A stretch of DNA of 64,000 bases, taken from positions 20,617 to 84,616 of IMG/VR virus record IMGVR_UViG_3300016263_001265; one strand, written 5' to 3'. Positions 62,707-64,000 of this stretch are shown one piece after another. Within the stretch, counting starts at the first letter, position 1, and each line of letters opens with the position of its first letter. The stretch comes from a virus. Its lineage: Duplodnaviria > Caudoviricetes. Both the position numbers and the translations under genes were made by a program. The notes beneath the pieces were generated by a model, which was not told the origin of the DNA, searched no databases, and worked only from the letters and a program-made list of their open reading frames with translations.

Positions 62707-63078
62707 TTATTCGTTATTGTCTGGGACGAAGCCCTTGGCTTCAAGACCCTTGAAGCAGGCGGGACAGAGGAATGCGCCAGGATCTTCCCCCTTGGCTGGG
62801 ATCATCGTGAAGTACGGCTTGCCGATCAGACGCTCTTCGCAGTCGTAGCAGTCGTAGTACGGAAGATCGATTGATCTTTCCGTGTCGGCAGCAGAGGCTT
62901 GGCGCAGCCAGTCGAGGTCTTCGTGGGTGACCGTGACGATGCCGCGCTGCCTCGATTCCATCCAGTTTTTTGTCTTGCCCCGATCCTGTGCGTATTTGTA
63001 CAACTGCCGCTTCGTCACGCCAAGGCTGCTCGCCCACGCGAGGAAGATGCGGCGAAACTCTGCTTGATTTTCATCCAT
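62707..63078 (-). CDS. hypothetical protein with Zn finger
   Basis: CYDC...CPAC. Confidence 0.6.
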   Translation of the reverse strand: MDENQAEFRRIFLAWASSLGVTKRQLYKYAQDRGKTKNWMESRQRGIVTVTHEDLDWLRQASAADTERSIDLPYYDCYDCEERLIGKPYFTMIPAKGEDPGAFLCPACFKGLEAKGFVPDNNE

Positions 63079-63309
63079 CTACAAGATGTCCTTTATTGCG
63101 TCAGAGATGAGTCCCTGTGCCCGTGCCAGAGTCATCTCTGGCGTAAGGTCATAATCCACGATAACCTCAGAACAGTCAAGGCACTCCAACGCAATGTTGT
63201 GGATGTCCCCGTCAAGGCTCTCCTTCTTTCTGATTGATGTTTGAGCCGTGCCGAGGTCGGGGCCATACACCCCGACCTCGATCTCGTGTCCCCTGTGTCT
63301 GCTAGGCAT
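63079..63309 (-). CDS. hypothetical protein
   Basis: ATG at 63309 after GGAGGAG; LECLDC. Confidence 0.55.
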   Translation of the reverse strand: MPSRHRGHEIEVGVYGPDLGTAQTSIRKKESLDGDIHNIALECLDCSEVIVDYDLTPEMTLARAQGLISDAIKDIL

Positions 63310-63610
63310 CGATCTCCTCCAAGTCGTAGTCCTCTGCGCGCTCATCAAGGATGCGCTCCAACTTGTAGGACTCGATGTCGCCGACAAACTCGGTGATGCT
63401 CTTCCCACAGTCGTAGCACTCGATTGACGAGATGTACGCGCCGCCATCGCTCGTCGAATAATCATTGGCGAGTTGGATGGTCATGCCGCCCATGCCGCTT
63501 GGCGTGCCAAACGGCTCGAACGACATCAAGATGTTGCCGAGGAAGTAGACTCCGCGTCGGGCATCTCCCTGCGGCTTCTCCCTGAGATCACATGACTTAT
63601 GAACCAACAT
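63302..63610 (-). CDS. hypothetical protein
   Basis: ATG at 63610 after AGGAGG; IECYDC. Confidence 0.55.
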   Translation of the reverse strand: MLVHKSCDLREKPQGDARRGVYFLGNILMSFEPFGTPSGMGGMTIQLANDYSTSDGGAYISSIECYDCGKSITEFVGDIESYKLERILDERAEDYDLEEIDA

Positions 63611-63618
63611 ACAACCTC

Positions 63619-63813
63619 CTAGATGACGGTGTTGATTCCGTCTTCGTCTGTCCATTCGGTTTCAAACACCTCTGGCATGGCATAGGCGTCCCACTCGCCG
63701 AGCGGCGTGGCTTTGGCGATCTTCATCGCCTCGGCGCGTGCGTCGGGGATGTTGTCCGCCTCTACCTCGATGTCCAGATACAGCGGATACTGAACCTTGA
63801 TCGTGTACTTCAC
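63619..63813 (-). CDS. hypothetical protein
   Basis: AGGAGG RBS; coupled to the upstream gene. Confidence 0.55.
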   Translation of the reverse strand: MKYTIKVQYPLYLDIEVEADNIPDARAEAMKIAKATPLGEWDAYAMPEVFETEWTDEDGINTVI

Positions 63814-63992
63814 TTGACCTCCTGCTCTGGGTAGATCATGAGCCGACCGCCGTCGTTGATCTCGTCGTCGGCAGCCACGATCACCTGATACACCTTGCCC
63901 TTGATCATGACGCGAAGAACAGGAATGTTGATTCCTGATTGGTCGTCTACATACCCGCCGAGGATCACGCCACCTGCGAGCGGCTCGATCAT
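63810..63992 (-). CDS. hypothetical protein
   Basis: GGAG RBS; 60-aa ORF. Confidence 0.5.
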   Translation of the reverse strand: MIEPLAGGVILGGYVDDQSGINIPVLRVMIKGKVYQVIVAADDEINDGGRLMIYPEQEVK

Positions 63993-64000
63993 CTCCGACA

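Noticed and set aside
1-64000. Prophage boundaries or host chromosomal genes
   Set aside because: No integrase, att-flanked junction or housekeeping operon is visible; the whole window reads as phage sequence

Overview
This 64 kb window is part of a tailed dsDNA phage genome with siphovirus-type morphogenesis genes. No integrase, CRISPR array or reverse transcriptase is visible. From left to right: a leftward replication/recombination block (MazG, SSB, RusA, DnaC-like loader, replication initiator, PD-(D/E)XK nuclease, ssDNA-annealing protein); a leftward portal plus HNH unit; a rightward head operon (prohead protease, major capsid, adaptor, closure); a long leftward tail/lysis block (fibres, glycosyltransferase and methyltransferase, tail terminator, tube, frameshifted chaperones, a 3474-aa tape measure protein, a 2218-aa central fibre, C39-like endolysin, holin); rightward terminase genes; and accessory regions with two ParB-like genes, an Nmad1-like gene, a GDP-mannose 3,5-epimerase-like gene with two glycosyltransferases, thioredoxin, tRNA-Arg(UCU) and tRNA-Ile(UAU). 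The strongest candidate for a novel system is the set of passenger domains fused to head proteins. The prohead protease/scaffold contains a Tudor-like domain and a complete Dps (mini-ferritin) domain with intact ferroxidase ligands, and the portal carries a degenerate HAD-like domain plus an unknown helical domain. Lys-containing junctions separate these domains and could be protease cut sites. Other notable items are an apparent nested out-and-back repeat architecture in the central tail fibre, an unannotated histone-H1-like peptide with a MinD-like amphipathic tail, a dense palindrome cluster at 55.0-55.2 kb, and a motif-rich region at 61.5-62.7 kb. All family assignments come from motif recognition by eye; no database searches were run.
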